DNA of 64,000 nt, taken from assembly GCA_950097015.1 (NCBI GenBank), contig CATNEN010000029.1:7378001-7442000 (forward strand), in the 5' to 3' direction. The notes beneath the pieces were generated by a model. It did not search any database. It had not been told where the DNA came from and saw only the letters and a list, made by a program, of their open reading frames with translations. The position numbers were made by a program, and so were the translations under genes. The DNA is from Macrostomum hystrix. Taxonomy: Eukaryota > Animalia > Platyhelminthes. Shown piece by piece: positions 36,140 through 50,060 of the stretch (its first letter is position 1; each line of letters opens with the position of its first letter).

Positions 36140-36164
36140 GCTACTACTACTGCTACTACTACTG

Positions 36165-36239
<75 letters not shown>

Positions 36240-36243
36240 ATAC

Positions 36244-36326
<83 letters not shown>

Positions 36327-36357
36327 ATACTACTACTACTACTGCTACTACTACTAC

Positions 36358-36400
<43 letters not shown>

Positions 36401-36413
36401 GCTACTACTACTG

Positions 36414-36485
<72 letters not shown>

Positions 36486-36552
36486 ATACTACTAATACTA
36501 CTGCTACTACTACTACTACTACTACTACTAATACTACTACTAATACTACTAC

Positions 36553-36602
<50 letters not shown>

Positions 36603-36649
36603 ATACTACTACTACTACTACCACTACTACTACTAATACTACTACTACT
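35950..36649. repeat. (ACT)n microsatellite, about 700 bp, with AAT/GCT interruptions
   Basis: Direct reading. Confidence 0.98.
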
Positions 36650-37307
36650 TTTTTCTTTTTTAACTATGAAATCCGTCGTTCATTTTTATGTAAAATCAAA
36701 GTTAGTAGCAAATATTTTGTTTAAACATCTCGGTAGAATCTTACAATTATTAGCCATACACGGCACACATTCAGTCCATTGTGTTGACACAGGCTCGGGT
36801 ACGACTAGCAGAGTTTACAATGCCTCATTCAGTTAGCCATGAAGGATTGCCGCTTGACTGTACTTTCATTTGAGTGCTAGGGTATGTGTATGTGTCTACA
36901 TTGTAAACATTCTGCCAACAAATCTAGCCTCAACGTGGCAGCTTCACTGTCTAAATCGTTAAACAAACATGAATCTGCTAAGGTTTTTGAGCGAAAGCCG
37001 TGCCGTCTACTTCCTCTCTCCTCTCCACACATCCTCCCTTCAACAATAATCGCTATTGTTACAAATCACGGCCGGAGCCTTAATTATGGGAATTAATAAT
37101 TCTCTATAGTTTTATGCTACTTTGTGAGGCGGGTGTCTGCGGGATGGAACCGTGGGACTGTAAGATGGCATCCAATGGGCGCCTTTGAGGCCACTGAGAC
37201 TGAGGGACTGGCTGGGAAAGCTTATAATGCTCGGAAGACCTGACTGGATTATTAGAACATCGGGAGAATTATCCCCCCTCGCCCTGAATTCAAACCTTCC
37301 GACGACC

Positions 37308-40300
37308 ATGCGGTATCACCGACGCCGGCTGACGGGCTGTTGCAATCTGCTCTGCTCCCTCACCTGCCTGACTGCCTCCGCCTGCTGCCTGCTGGTGGCG
37401 TTTCGCGCCTTGCCCGCCCCTTTGCCTTTGTCGGCCGTCAAAGAGCAGCGGCTGTTGTCGACTTTGGCAGCGTCGAGATGGGCCAGATCAGGCACAGATT
37501 CGCCAGCCCTACCTGCCTCACCTTCACAAGCATATTTTCCTCGAATATTGCATCAATTCTACGACACTGACCGAGTGCCGGCTGTCTATATAAAGTACAT
37601 TCAATCTTGCGCCTTCGTGCTCAACTATTCCTACGTGCTCTGGACCGACGCTGATGTGCTGCAGTTAATTTGGGATCATTATCCCCAGTTAAATCACACT
37701 TACCTAAGCTACAAGCATCCGTTGCAACGTTCGGACTTTGGTCGCTACCTTGTTATACGGCATTTTGGAGGTAATTTGATTTTGCTCTGTTTCCAGTATT
37801 ACTTTAAGCACTCAGTTTCTCCAACATTTTTCCTAGAATGTCTTTGACAAACTTCCGTCACCTTTAAGTCCCACAAACTCATAGACAACTGGCTTAATTG
37901 CTTTAACTGCCTTTAATCATTAATTGCCATAGACAATCCTTAAATACCATAGACAACTGACTGTGTCACCCTCAATTTTGTTATAGAAAACTGGCTGTAT
38001 CACCAATAATTGCCATAGAAACTGGCTGTTTCTCCATTGATGACTCCTGTATGGCCATCGACAACTGTCTGGGTCACTCTCGGTGTTGAGTACAGGCTGT
38101 CGCAAAAAAGTTGACTGCATAGATTGCAGTGCTGACAAAGCTAAACTATAGGCAAGACAGTGAAGCGCTTAATTAGTTAAAAAGTGACTTAATCCATAGT
38201 TTTTGTATCAGCGTCTAGGGAGAGAATTCCATTAAGTCAGGCTAATTAATTAGTCAGCCTACAGATTCTCATTGCTACAAAATAATAGCTGCTGCACTGG
38301 AAGTTGCAGCAACAACCTTCTACTGTTCCAAACCAATGCTAAAGATTAACAATGCTTGGCCCACAGGCGTCTACATGGACATGGACGTGGAGTGCGTGCG
38401 ACCGCTGCAGCCACTGCTAACAGCTACCGGTGGCTGCTTCTTAGACCGAGAGCGTTGGGAGCAGACTGCAATCCTGTACAATAGGCCGCTGGCTGCTATG
38501 AACTCCGTCATCGGCTGCACTCCGCGACATCCGTTCTTCATCCACCTGGTGCAGGCGCTAAGGCACTATCCGCGAATGACCGGTTCGATTCATTCCCGGA
38601 ATTAAACTTCCCACAACCTCAAAGAATCAATTAAGCATTAGTTTCTGGGAGCGGGAAACTCTCGTTGGAAAATCTCGTTGAAGAATCTCCATCGGGATAA
38701 GGGATTTCTCGGCGGGGAATTCCAGATAGGGAAATCCCTGTCGGTAAATATCTTTGGGGAAATCTCAGTGGGTAAATATCTATGCGGAAATATCTTTGGG
38801 GAAATCTCGACAAGGAAATCACACTCGGGAAACTCGTCAGGAAACTTCGATAGGGAAATCCCTGTCGGGAAATCTCACTGGGGAAACTCGTCAGCAAGCA
38901 TCAATTGGGAAATCCCTGTCGGGAAATCTCATTGGGGGAAACTCGTCAGCAAGCATCAATTGGGAAATCCCTGTCGGGAAATCTCACTGGGGAAACTCGT
39001 CAGGAAGCATCAATAGGGAAATCCCTGTCGGGAAATCTCATTGGGGAAACTCGTCAGGAAGCATCGGTAGCGAAAATATCGGCGTATGGAAGCTTAAATA
39101 GGCGCAAATTCCCCACAGGCACAGCTAGGCCTTTTCATGCTCCCAAAAGATTTACGAAAAGCATTGAAAGCTAAATAGATTTTTCCTGGATAAGTTACCT
39201 AACTAGGGTTCTGGAAGCAAGAAAATTGCATTTTTGAAATGACAAAAAGACACAAAGAAGATAAAGCAGGCATCCACGTGAGACAAAATTGATTGGAGAG
39301 GTAAAAAGTCTTGGCTAGAAATACAAAAAAAGCTGTTGCCACCAGAGCGGAAAGCAAGCAATAGGCAAGGGGCAGACTCTGAAACAGGAAAAAAGTTTAA
39401 TAATGTTGGCGGCTCACTGAATAGAAATTTCAGGCGGGATAGAGTTTGAGATCACCCCTGCCTCAAGAAGAATGCCTCAGGAAAACTTTTTGAAGCTAAA
39501 CTGCGAAAAATGTTTTCTTTTCTGTGTGGGTGGGTAAAAGCATAGAAATATCGACCCAAACTTTGCGCGCAGGCCAGCCCTCGGAGATTGTCCGCTCAAC
39601 AGGACCGCTCGCGCTGACAGACATTCTGCAAACTTTCTACGCCACCACAGCCGACTTGGGCGGAGCAGCTGCGCCTGTCATTCTACCGTCGGAGGCATTC
39701 TCGCCGTTCATTGACAATCTGGCGCGGTTTCGCAACCACTGCGGTGAGGGTTCGTTAGATTCAGTGCATTTACAGACTGCTCATTTACAGACAGTTAATC
39801 GTTTACAGACTGTTCATATACAGACAGTTCATTTACAGACTGTTCATTAACTGGCAGTTCATTTACAGACAGTTCATTAGCTGGCAGTTCATTTACAGAC
39901 AGTTCATTAGCTGGCAGTTCATTTACAGACAGTTCATTAACTGGCAGTTCATTTACAGACAGTTCAATAACTGGCAGTTCATTTACAGACAGTTCATTAG
40001 TTCGAGTAAGAGCTAACGGTTAGCAGGAGGCCATTAAACGAACTAGTAAAAGGATTGACAAAAAAGTACATCTAAGCCCTATGATTGCTTTTTTCCCACT
40101 AATTGATATTTCATTCCCTGACATGTCCCGGGACAGTGCGGTATTGCAATTGAAAAGGCGAGCGGTGCAATAATTCTCCATCCGGGAAGCTGAGTTAGAT
40201 GGACCTGGGAAGGCGTGAGTTACACGAGTGATAGAAGGGATGGCTTTGGGAGGAATGAAACAGTTGTATCCAGGATGACAATGTGGCCTAATAGAGACAG

Positions 40301-41509
40301 GCAGATAGGGAACCAGGATTCTGATGCTGAATAGAGCTTATATTTGAAATACAAAACAAGGGACGAATTCGGAAAGAATAGATTAGAAAGAAAAAGAAAG
40401 CATCTATTGGGTAGGAGACAGGGATGGATATAGAATAGACTGGGATGGATATGGAATAGACTGGGATGGATAGGGGGATAGACTGGGATGGATAGGGGGA
40501 TAGACTGGGATGGATAGGGGAATAGACTGGGATGGATAGGGGGATAGACTGGGATGGATATGGAATATACTGGGATGGATATAGAATAGACTGGGATGGA
40601 TATGGAATAGACTGGGATGGATATAGAATAGACTGGGATGGATATGGAATATACTGGGTTGGATAGGGGGATAGACTGGGATGGATATGGGAATAGGGGA
40701 ATAGACTGGGATGGATGGGGGAATAGACTGGGATGGATAGGGGAATAGAATGGGATGGATAGGAGAATAGACTGGGATGGATGGGGGAATAGACTGGGAT
40801 GGATAGGGGAATAGAATGGGATGGATAGGAGAATAGACTGGGATGGATGGGGGAATAGACTGGGATGGATGGGGGAATAGACTGGGATGGATGGGGGAAT
40901 AGACTGGGATGGATAGGGGAATAGACTGGGATGGACATGGAATAGACTGGGATGGATAGGGGAATAGATTGGGATGGAAAGGGGGATAGACTGGGATGGA
41001 TAGGGGAATAGACTGGGATGGATAGGGGAACTGGAGACTTTGGACTGGTATAGTGGAATAGATAGCGAAGCGAAGATTGGGATTGGAGAAAAGACTTTGA
41101 AAGAATAGGGTTATTGGTTGGTGAGGGGATAAGGAAATAAGGATGCGATCGGCAGGAGCCCCAGAACTGGCAGGCCCGAAGCACAGAAGAGTTCATTTCA
41201 CCCCTCCACGACCAGCCAGATCGTTACAGCAGCCTGCTGCCCAACCTCGGCCCGGTCGGCCTCAAGGAGCTCGCACTGAAGCTCAACGCCTGCGAATCAC
41301 TTCGAGTCGGCGACTTCGCCGACGACCCGAGCCTCCGGCCGCGAGTGCTGATGCCCGGCACCTACGGAGTGCACCGCTTCCTGCACCTGGGCTACCGGGC
41401 CGACCGGCGAGGCAGCCTAGTGCGGATCCAATCAGCCCGCGACATTGGCAGGGTACTCAGGTACCTCAGCGATGCCAACCTTATCGCTCAACTGGCTAGC
41501 GGCTTTTGA
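37308..41509 (+). CDS. GT32-family (DXD) glycosyltransferase, SUR1/OCH1-like, type II membrane: join(37308..37770,38367..38582,39573..39743,~41187..41509), about 390 aa
   Basis: N-terminal hydrophobic anchor; FPRILHQ, LWTD, QRSDFGRY, GGVYMDMDVEC, NSVIG, STGPLALT, YGVH. Phase-1 introns. The last-exon acceptor is uncertain (41187 fits phase; 41156 does not). Confidence 0.8.
38850..39065. repeat. About 54-bp repeat x4 (GGGAAATCCCTGTCGGGAAATCTCACTGGGGAAACTCGTCAG...)
   Basis: Starts near 38853, 38907, 38962 and 39016. Confidence 0.85.
39765..40000. repeat. 30-bp repeat (CTGGCAGTTCATTTACAGACAGTTCATTAG)
   Basis: Direct reading. Confidence 0.88.
40050..40390 (-). mobile_element. Possible decayed non-LTR retrotransposon ORF2 C-terminal remnant
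   Basis: Minus-strand translation gives QI*..LVPYL...GYNCFIPP...ARLFN...RDMSG, resembling recalled LINE C-termini (KILEGLVPNL..GRKC.VPP..PRLFN..RN.TG). Stops present. Confidence 0.3.
40420..41030. repeat. 22-bp purine-rich minisatellite (GGGATGGATAGGGGAATAGACT)
   Basis: Direct reading. Confidence 0.95.
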
Positions 41510-42320
41510 CATTGTGACCCACCTGACATTGTGACCCACCTGACATTGTGACCCACCTGACATTGTGACCCACCTGACATTGTGACCCACCTGACATTGT
41601 GACCCACCTGACATTGTGACCCACCTGACATTGTGACCCACCTGACATTGTGACCCACCTGACATTGTGACCCACCTGACATTGTGACCCACCTGACATT
41701 GTGACCCACCTGACATTGTGACCCACCTGACATTGTGACCCACCTGACATTGTGACCCACCTGACATTGTGACCCACCTATTATTGTGACCCACCTGATA
41801 TTGTGACCCACTGGATTAACTATGACCCACTGGATTAACTGTGACCACTAGATTAACTGTGACCACTAGATTAACTGTGATGCACTAGATTAACTGTGAC
41901 CCACTAGATTAACTGTGACCACTAGATTAACTGTGACCACTAGATTAACTGTGACCCACTATATTAACTGTGACCCACTAGATTACCTGTGACCACTAGA
42001 TTAACTGTGACCACTAGATTAACTGTGACCCACTATATTAACTGGGACCCACTAGATTAACTGTGACCACTATATTAACTGTGACGCACTAGATTAACTG
42101 TGACCCACTAGATTAACTGTGACCCACTAGATTAACTGTGACCACTAGATTAACTGTGACCACTAGATTAACTGTGACCCACTAGATTAACTGTGACGCA
42201 CTAGATTAACTGTGACCCACTAGATTAACTGTGACCACTAGATTAACTGTGACCACTAGATTAACTGGGACCCACTAGATTTACTGTGACCCACTTGATG
42301 AACTGTGACCCACCTGACAC
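41507..42320. repeat. 17-bp array (TGACATTGTGACCCACC) to about 41810, grading into an 18/19-bp array (CACTAGATTAACTGTGAC[C])
   Basis: Direct reading. Confidence 0.95.
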
Positions 42321-42849
42321 AAAACAACACGCTTGATGAACTGTGACCCATCTGCTGCACTATGACTCACATGAGACTGTTACGCAAGAAGGCTGCGTAC
42401 CTTCAAGCACAGTTTGTATTAGTTTAATTTAAATTGTGTTTAATGCAAGTTTCTAGGAAATAAAAGCGTTTTTTTAAATAAATATCTGTGTGCTTTACCT
42501 GCGTATAATCCACTACCTTGTCATGGGCAATGCTCAATGCTCACTCATATTATTCCGTTTCTATTGCTATATACGGCAGCATATTTAGCAGAATGAGGTC
42601 GTTTTATTGTAACATATATTCTTGGCATCACATATACTCGTATAAAGTTACACTATTGGAGAATTGTAAGCTGACATTAGGACAATAGGAAAATCATCCA
42701 TTGTCTAAAAAATGGGCTAAATGACAAAAGCCTTGTAGAAGTACTTTTCTGAATCATCAAAAAGGCAGTTGAAATTGATCTGAAAATTTATATTTGCCGG
42801 AAACTTACGAATGAAATTGGGATAACGCTGCAGAAAATCGGGATTAATC

Positions 42850-45800
42850 TGGGTAAAATGAGGATAACATGGGGAGAATGGGTATAACATGGGGTAGAAT
42901 GGATATAGCAATGGGGAGAATGAGTATAACACTGGGGAGAATAGGAGAACATTAAAGAAAATGGGAGAATAGGGACAACACTAAAGAAAATGGGAGAATA
43001 GGAAAAACACTAAAGAAAATGGGAGAATAGGGACAACACTAAAGAAAATGGGAGAATAGGAAAAACACTAAAGAAAATGGGATAATACTTGGGAGAATGG
43101 GTATAACACTGGGGAGAGTGGGATAATACTGGGGAGAATGGGATAATACTGTGGAGAATGGGAATAACTCTGGGGAGAATGGGAAAACACTAGGGAGAAT
43201 GGGGATAACTCTGGGGAGAATGGGATCACACTGAAGAGAATGGGATAACACTGAGGAAAATGGAGATAACACTGGGGAGAATGGAGATAACTCTGGGGAG
43301 AATGGAGATAACTCTGGGGAGAATGGGGATAACTCTGGGGACAATGGGATAATACTTGGGAGAATGGGTATAACACTGGGGAGAATAGGTATAGCACTGG
43401 GGAGAATGGGATAATACTGGGAGAATGGGACAATACTGGGGAGAATGGGAATAACTCTGGGGAGAATGGGATCACACTGAAGAGAATGGGGATAACACTG
43501 GGGAAAATGGGATAACACTGAGGAGAATGGGGATAACACTGGGGAAAATGGGATAACTCTGGGGAGAATGGAGATAACTCTGGGGAGAATGGGGATAACT
43601 CTGGGGACAATGGGATAATACTTGGGAGAATGGGAATAACACTGGGGAGAATAGGTATAGCACTGGGGAGAATGGGATAATACTGGGAGAATGGGATAAT
43701 ACTGGGGAGAATGGGAATAACTCTGGGGAGAATGGGATCACACTGAAGAGAATGGGATAACAATGGGAAGAATGGGGATAACACTGAGCAGAATGGGATA
43801 ACACTGGGGAGAATGGAGATAACTCTGGGGAGAATGGAGATAACTCTGGGGAGAATGGGATAATACTGGGCGGAATGGGATAACACTGGGGAAAATGGGA
43901 TAACACTGGGGAGAATGGAATAATACTGGGCAGAATGGAATAATACTGGGCAGAATGGGATAACACTGGGGAAAATGGGATAACACTGGGGAGAATGGAG
44001 ATAACTCTGGGGAGAATGGGATAACACTGGGGAGAATGGAGATAACTCTGGGTAGAATGGGGATAACACTGGGGACAGTGGGATAATACTGGAAGAATGG
44101 GTATAACACTGGGGAGAATGGGGATAACACTGGGGAGAATGGGATAATACTGGGGAGAATGGGATAATCCTGTGGAGAATGGGGATAATACTGGGGAGAA
44201 TGAGTATAACACTGGGGAGAATGGGGATAACACTGGGGAGAATGGGATAATCCTGTGGAGAATGGGGATAATACTGGGGAGAATGGGGATAATACTGGGG
44301 AGAATGGGGATAATACTGGGGAGAATGGGGATAATACTGGGGAGAATGGGGATAATACTGGGGAGAATGGGGATAATACTGGGGAGAATGAGGATAATAC
44401 TGGGGAGAATGGGGATAATACTGGGGAGAATGGGATAATACTGGGGAGAATGGGTATAACACTGGGGAGAATGGGATAATACTGGGGAGAATGGGATAAT
44501 ACTGGGGAGAATGGGATAATCCTGTGGAGAATGGGGATAACACTGGGGAAAATGGGATAACACTGGGGAAAATGGAGATAACTCTGGGGAGAATGGAGAT
44601 AACTCTGGGGAGAATGGGGATAACTCTGGGGACAATGGGATAATACTTGGGAGAATGGGTATAACACTGGGGAGAATAGGTATAGCACTGGGGAGAATGG
44701 GATAATACTGGGAGAATGGGATAATACTGGGGAGAATGGGAATAACTCTGGGGAGAATGGGATCACACTGAAGAGAATGGGATAACAATGGGAAGAATGG
44801 GGATAACACTGTGCAGAATGGGATATCACTGGGGAGAATAGGTATAGCACTGAGGAGAATGGGATAATACTGGGAGAATGGGATAATACTCGGGAGAATG
44901 GGAATAACTCTGGGGAGAATGGGATCACACTGAAGAGAATGGGATAACAATGGGAAGAATGGGGATAACACTGGGCAGAATGGGATAACACTGGGGAGAA
45001 TGGAGATAACTCTGGGGAGAATGGGGATAACTCTGGGGACAATGGGATAATACTTGGGAGAATGGGTATAACACTGGGGAGAATAGGTATAGCACTGGGG
45101 AGAATGGGGATAATTCTTGGGAGAATGTGATAATACTGGGGAGAATGGAGATAACTCTGGGGAGAATGGGATAATACTGGGCGGAATGGGATAACACTGG
45201 GGAAAATGGGATAACACTGAGGAGAATGGGGATAACACTGGGGAAAATGGGATAACTCTGGGGAGAATGGAGATAACTCTGGGGAGAATGGGGATAACTC
45301 TGGGGACAATGGGATAATACTTGGGAGAATGGGTATAACACTGGGGAGAATAGGTATAGCACTGGGGAGAATGGGATAATACTGGGAGAATGGGATAATA
45401 CTGGGGAGAATGGGAATAACTCTGGGGAGAATGGAGATAACTCTGGGGAGAATGGGATAATACTGGGGAGAATGGGATAATCCTGTGGAGAATGGGGATA
45501 ATACTGGGGAGAATGGGGATAATACTGGGGAGAATGGGGATAATACTGGGGAGAATGGGGATAATTCTTGGGAGAATGTGATAATTCTGGGCAGAATGAG
45601 ATAACACTGGGGAAAATGGGATAATACTGGGGAGAATGGGTATAACACTGGGGAGAATGGGATAATACTGGGGAGAATGGGATAATACTGGGGAGAATGG
45701 GATAATCCTGTGGAGAATGGGGATAATACTGGGGAGAATGGGGATAATACTGGGGAGAATGGGGATAATTCTTGGGAGAATGTGATAATACTGGGCAGAA

Positions 45801-48800
45801 TGGGTATAACACTGGGGAGAATGGGATAATACTGGGGAGAATGGGATAATACTGGGGAGAATGGGATAATCCTGTGGAGAATGGGGATAACACTGGGGAA
45901 AATGGGATAATACTGGGGAGAATGGGTATAGCACTGGGGAGAATGGGATAATACTGGGAGAATGGGATAATACTGGGGAGAATGGGAATAACTCTGGGGA
46001 GAATGGGATCACACTGAAGAGAATGGGATAACAATGGGAAGAATGGGGATAACACTGGGCAGAATGGGATAATACTGGGGAGAATGGGATAATCCTGTGG
46101 AGAATGGGGATAATACTGGGGAGAATGGGTATAACACTGGGGAGAATGGGGATAACACTGGGGAGAATGGAGATAACTCTGGGGAGAATGGAGATAACTC
46201 TGGGGAGAATGGGATAACACTGGGGAGAATGGAGATAACTCTGGGTAGAATGGGGATAACACTGGGGACAGTGGGATAATACTGGAAGAATGGGTATAAC
46301 ACTGGGGAGAATGGGGATAACACTGGGGAGAATGGGATAATACTGGGGAGAATGGGATAATCCTGTGGAGAATGGGGATAATACTGGGGAGAATGGGTAT
46401 AACACTGGGGAGAATGGGGATAACACTGGGGAGAATGGGATAATACTGGGGAGAATGGGATAATCCTGTGGAGAATGGGGATAATACTGGGGAGAATGGG
46501 GATAATACTGGGGAGAATGGGGATAATTCTTGGGAGAATGTGATAATACTGGGCAGAATGGGTATAACACTGGGGAGAATGGGATAATACTGGGGAGAAT
46601 GGGATAATACTGGGGAGAATGGGATAATCCTGTGGAGAATGGGGATAACACTGGGGAAAATGGGATAATACTGGGGAGAATGGGTATAACACTGGGGAGA
46701 GTGGGATAATACTGGGCAGAATGGGTATAACATTGGGGAGAATGGGTATAATACTGGGGAGAGTGGTATAATACTGGGGAGAATGGGATCACACTGAAGA
46801 GAATGGGATAACACTGGGGAAGAATGGGATAATACTGGGGAGAATGGGATAATCCTGTGGAGAATGGGGATAATACTGGGGAGAATGGGGATAATACTGA
46901 GGAGAATGGGGAAAATACTGGGGAGAATGGGGATAATTCTTGGGAGAATGTGATAATACTGGGCAGAATGGGATAACACTGGGGAAAATGGGATAATACT
47001 GGGGAGAATGGGTATAACACTGGGGAGAATGGGATAATACTGGGGAGAATGGGATAATACTGGGGAGAATGGGATAATCCTGTGGAGAATGGGGATAATA
47101 CTGGGGAGAATGGGGATAATACTGGGGAGAATGGGGATAATTCTTGGGAGAATGTGATAATACTGGGCAGAATGGGTATAACACTGGGGAGAATGGGATA
47201 ATACTGGGGAGAATGGGATAATACTGGGGAGAATGGGATAATCCTGTGGAGAATGGGGATAACACTGGGGAAAATGGGATAACACTGGGGAGAATGGAGA
47301 TAACTCTGGGGAGAATGGGGATAACTCTGGGGACAATGGGATAATACTTGGGAGAATGGGTATAACACTGGGGAGAATAGGTATAGCACTGGGGAGAATG
47401 GGATAATACTGGGAGAATGGGATAATACTCGGGAGAATGGGAATAACTCTGGGGAGAATGGGATCACACTGAAGAGAATGGGATAACAATGGGAAGAATG
47501 GGGATAACACTGGGCAGAATGGGATAACACTGGGGAGAATGGAGATAACTCTGGGGAGAATGGAGATAACTCTGGGGAGAATGGGATAATACTGGGCGGA
47601 ATGGGATAACACTGGGGAAAATGGGATAACACTGGGGAGAATGGAATAATACTGGGCAGAATGGAATAATACTGGGCAGAATGGGATAACACTGGGGAAA
47701 ATGGGATAACACTGGGGAGAATGGAGATAACTCTGGGGAGAATGGGATAACACTGGGGAGAATGGAGATAACTCTGGGTAGAATGGGGATAACACTGGGG
47801 ACAGTGGGATAATACTGGAAGAATGGGTATAACACTGGGGAGAATGGGGATAACACTGGGGAGAATGGGATAATACTGGGGAGAATGGGATAATCCTGTG
47901 GAGAATGGGGATAATACTGGGAAGAATGGGGATAATACTGGGGAGAATGGGTATAACACTGGGGAGAATGGGGATAACACTGGGGAGAATGGGATAATAC
48001 TGGGGAGAATGGGATAATCCTGTGGAGAATGGGGATAATTCTGGGGAGAATGGGGATAATACTGGCGAGAATGGGGATAATTCTTGGGAGAATGTGATAA
48101 TACTGGGCAGAATGAGATAACACTGGGGAAAATGGGATAATACTGGGGAGAATGGGTATAACACTGGGGAGAATGGGATAATACTGGGGAGAATGGGATA
48201 ATACTGGGGAGAATGGGATAATCCTGTGGAGAATGGGGATAATACTGGGGAGAATGGGGATAATACTGGGGAGAATGGGGATAATTCTTGGGAGAATGTG
48301 ATAATACTAGGCAGAATGGGTATAACACTGGGGAGAATGGGATAATACTGGGGAGAATGGGATAATCCTGTGGAGAATGGGGATAACACTGGGGAAAATG
48401 GGATAATACTGGGGAGAATGGGTATAACACTGGGGAGAGTGGGATAATACTGGGCAGAATGGGTATAACATTGGGGAGAATGGGTATAACACTGGGGAGA
48501 GTGGGATAATACTGGGCAGAATGGGTATAACATTGGGGAGAATGGGTATAACACTGGGGAGAGTGGGATAATACTGGGCAGAATGGGTATAACATTGGGG
48601 AGAATGGGTATAACACTGGGGAGAGTGGTATAGTACTGGGGAGAATGGGATCACACTGAAGAGAATGGGATAACACTGGGGGAGAATGGGATAATACTGG
48701 GCAGAATAGGATGACACTGGGGAAAATGGGATAACACTGGGGAGAGTGGGATAATACTGGGCAGAATGGGTATAACATTGGGGAGAATGGGTATAACACT

Positions 48801-50060
48801 GGGGAGAGTGGGATAATACTGGGCAGAATGGGTATAACATTGGGGAGAATGGGTATAACACTGGGGAGAGTGGGATAATACTGGGCAGAATGGGTATAAC
48901 ACTGGGGAGAATGGGATCACACTGAAGAGAATGGGATAACACTGGGGGAGAATGGGATAATACTGGGCAGAATAGGATGACACTGGGGAAAATGGGATAA
49001 CACTGGGGAGAGTGGGGATAATACTGGGGAGAATGGGATAACACTGGGGAGAATGGGATAACACTGGGGAGAATGGGATCACACTGAAGAGAATGGGATA
49101 ACACTGGGGAGAATGGGATAATACTGGGCAGAATAGGATGACACTGGGGAAAATGGGATAACACTGGGGAGAGTGGGATAATACTGGGCAGAATGGGTAT
49201 AACATTGGGGAGAATGGGTATAACACTGGGGAGAGTGGGATAATACTGGGCAGAATGGGTATAACATTGGGGAGAATGGGTATAACACTGGGGAGAGTGG
49301 GATAATACTGGGCAGAATGGGTATAACACTGGGGAGAATGGGATCACACTGAAGAGAATGGGATAACACTGGGGGAGAATGTGATAATACTGGGCAGAAT
49401 GGGATAACACTGGGGAAAATGGGATAATACTGGGGAGAATGGGGATAATTCTTGGGAGAATGTGATAATACTGGGCAGAATGGGATAACACTGGGGAAAA
49501 TGGGATAATACTGGGGAGAATGGGTATAACACTGGGGAGAATGGGTATAACACTGGGGAGAGTGGTATAATACTGGGGAGAATGGGATCACACTGAAGAG
49601 AATGGGATAACACTGGGGGAGAATGGGATAATACTGGGCAGAATAGGATGACACTGGGGAAAATGGGATAACACTGGGGAGAGTGGGATAACGCTGGAGA
49701 GAATGGGGATAATACTGGGGAGAATGGGGATAATACTGGGGAGAATGGGGATAACACTGGGGAGAATGGGATAATACTGGGGAGAATGGGGATAATACTG
49801 GGGAGAATGGGGATAACACTGGGGAGAATGGGGATAATACTGAGGAGAATGGGGATAATACTGGGGAGAATGGGGATAATACTGGGGAGAATGGGGATAA
49901 TACTGGGGAGAATGGGGATAATACTGGGCAGAATAGGATGACACTGGCGAAAATGGGATAACACTGGGGAGAGTGGGATAACGCTGGAGAGAATGGGGAT
50001 AATACTGGGGAGAATGGGGATAATACTGGGGAGAATGGGATAACACTGGGGAGAATGGGG
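42850..50060. repeat. About 7.2-kb satellite of 20/21-bp units (GGGGAGAATGGG[G]ATAAYACT) with recurring variant blocks
   Basis: Direct reading. Confidence 0.98.

Noticed and set aside
35827-36624. Poly-Val ORF
   Set aside because: Reverse complement of (ACT)n.
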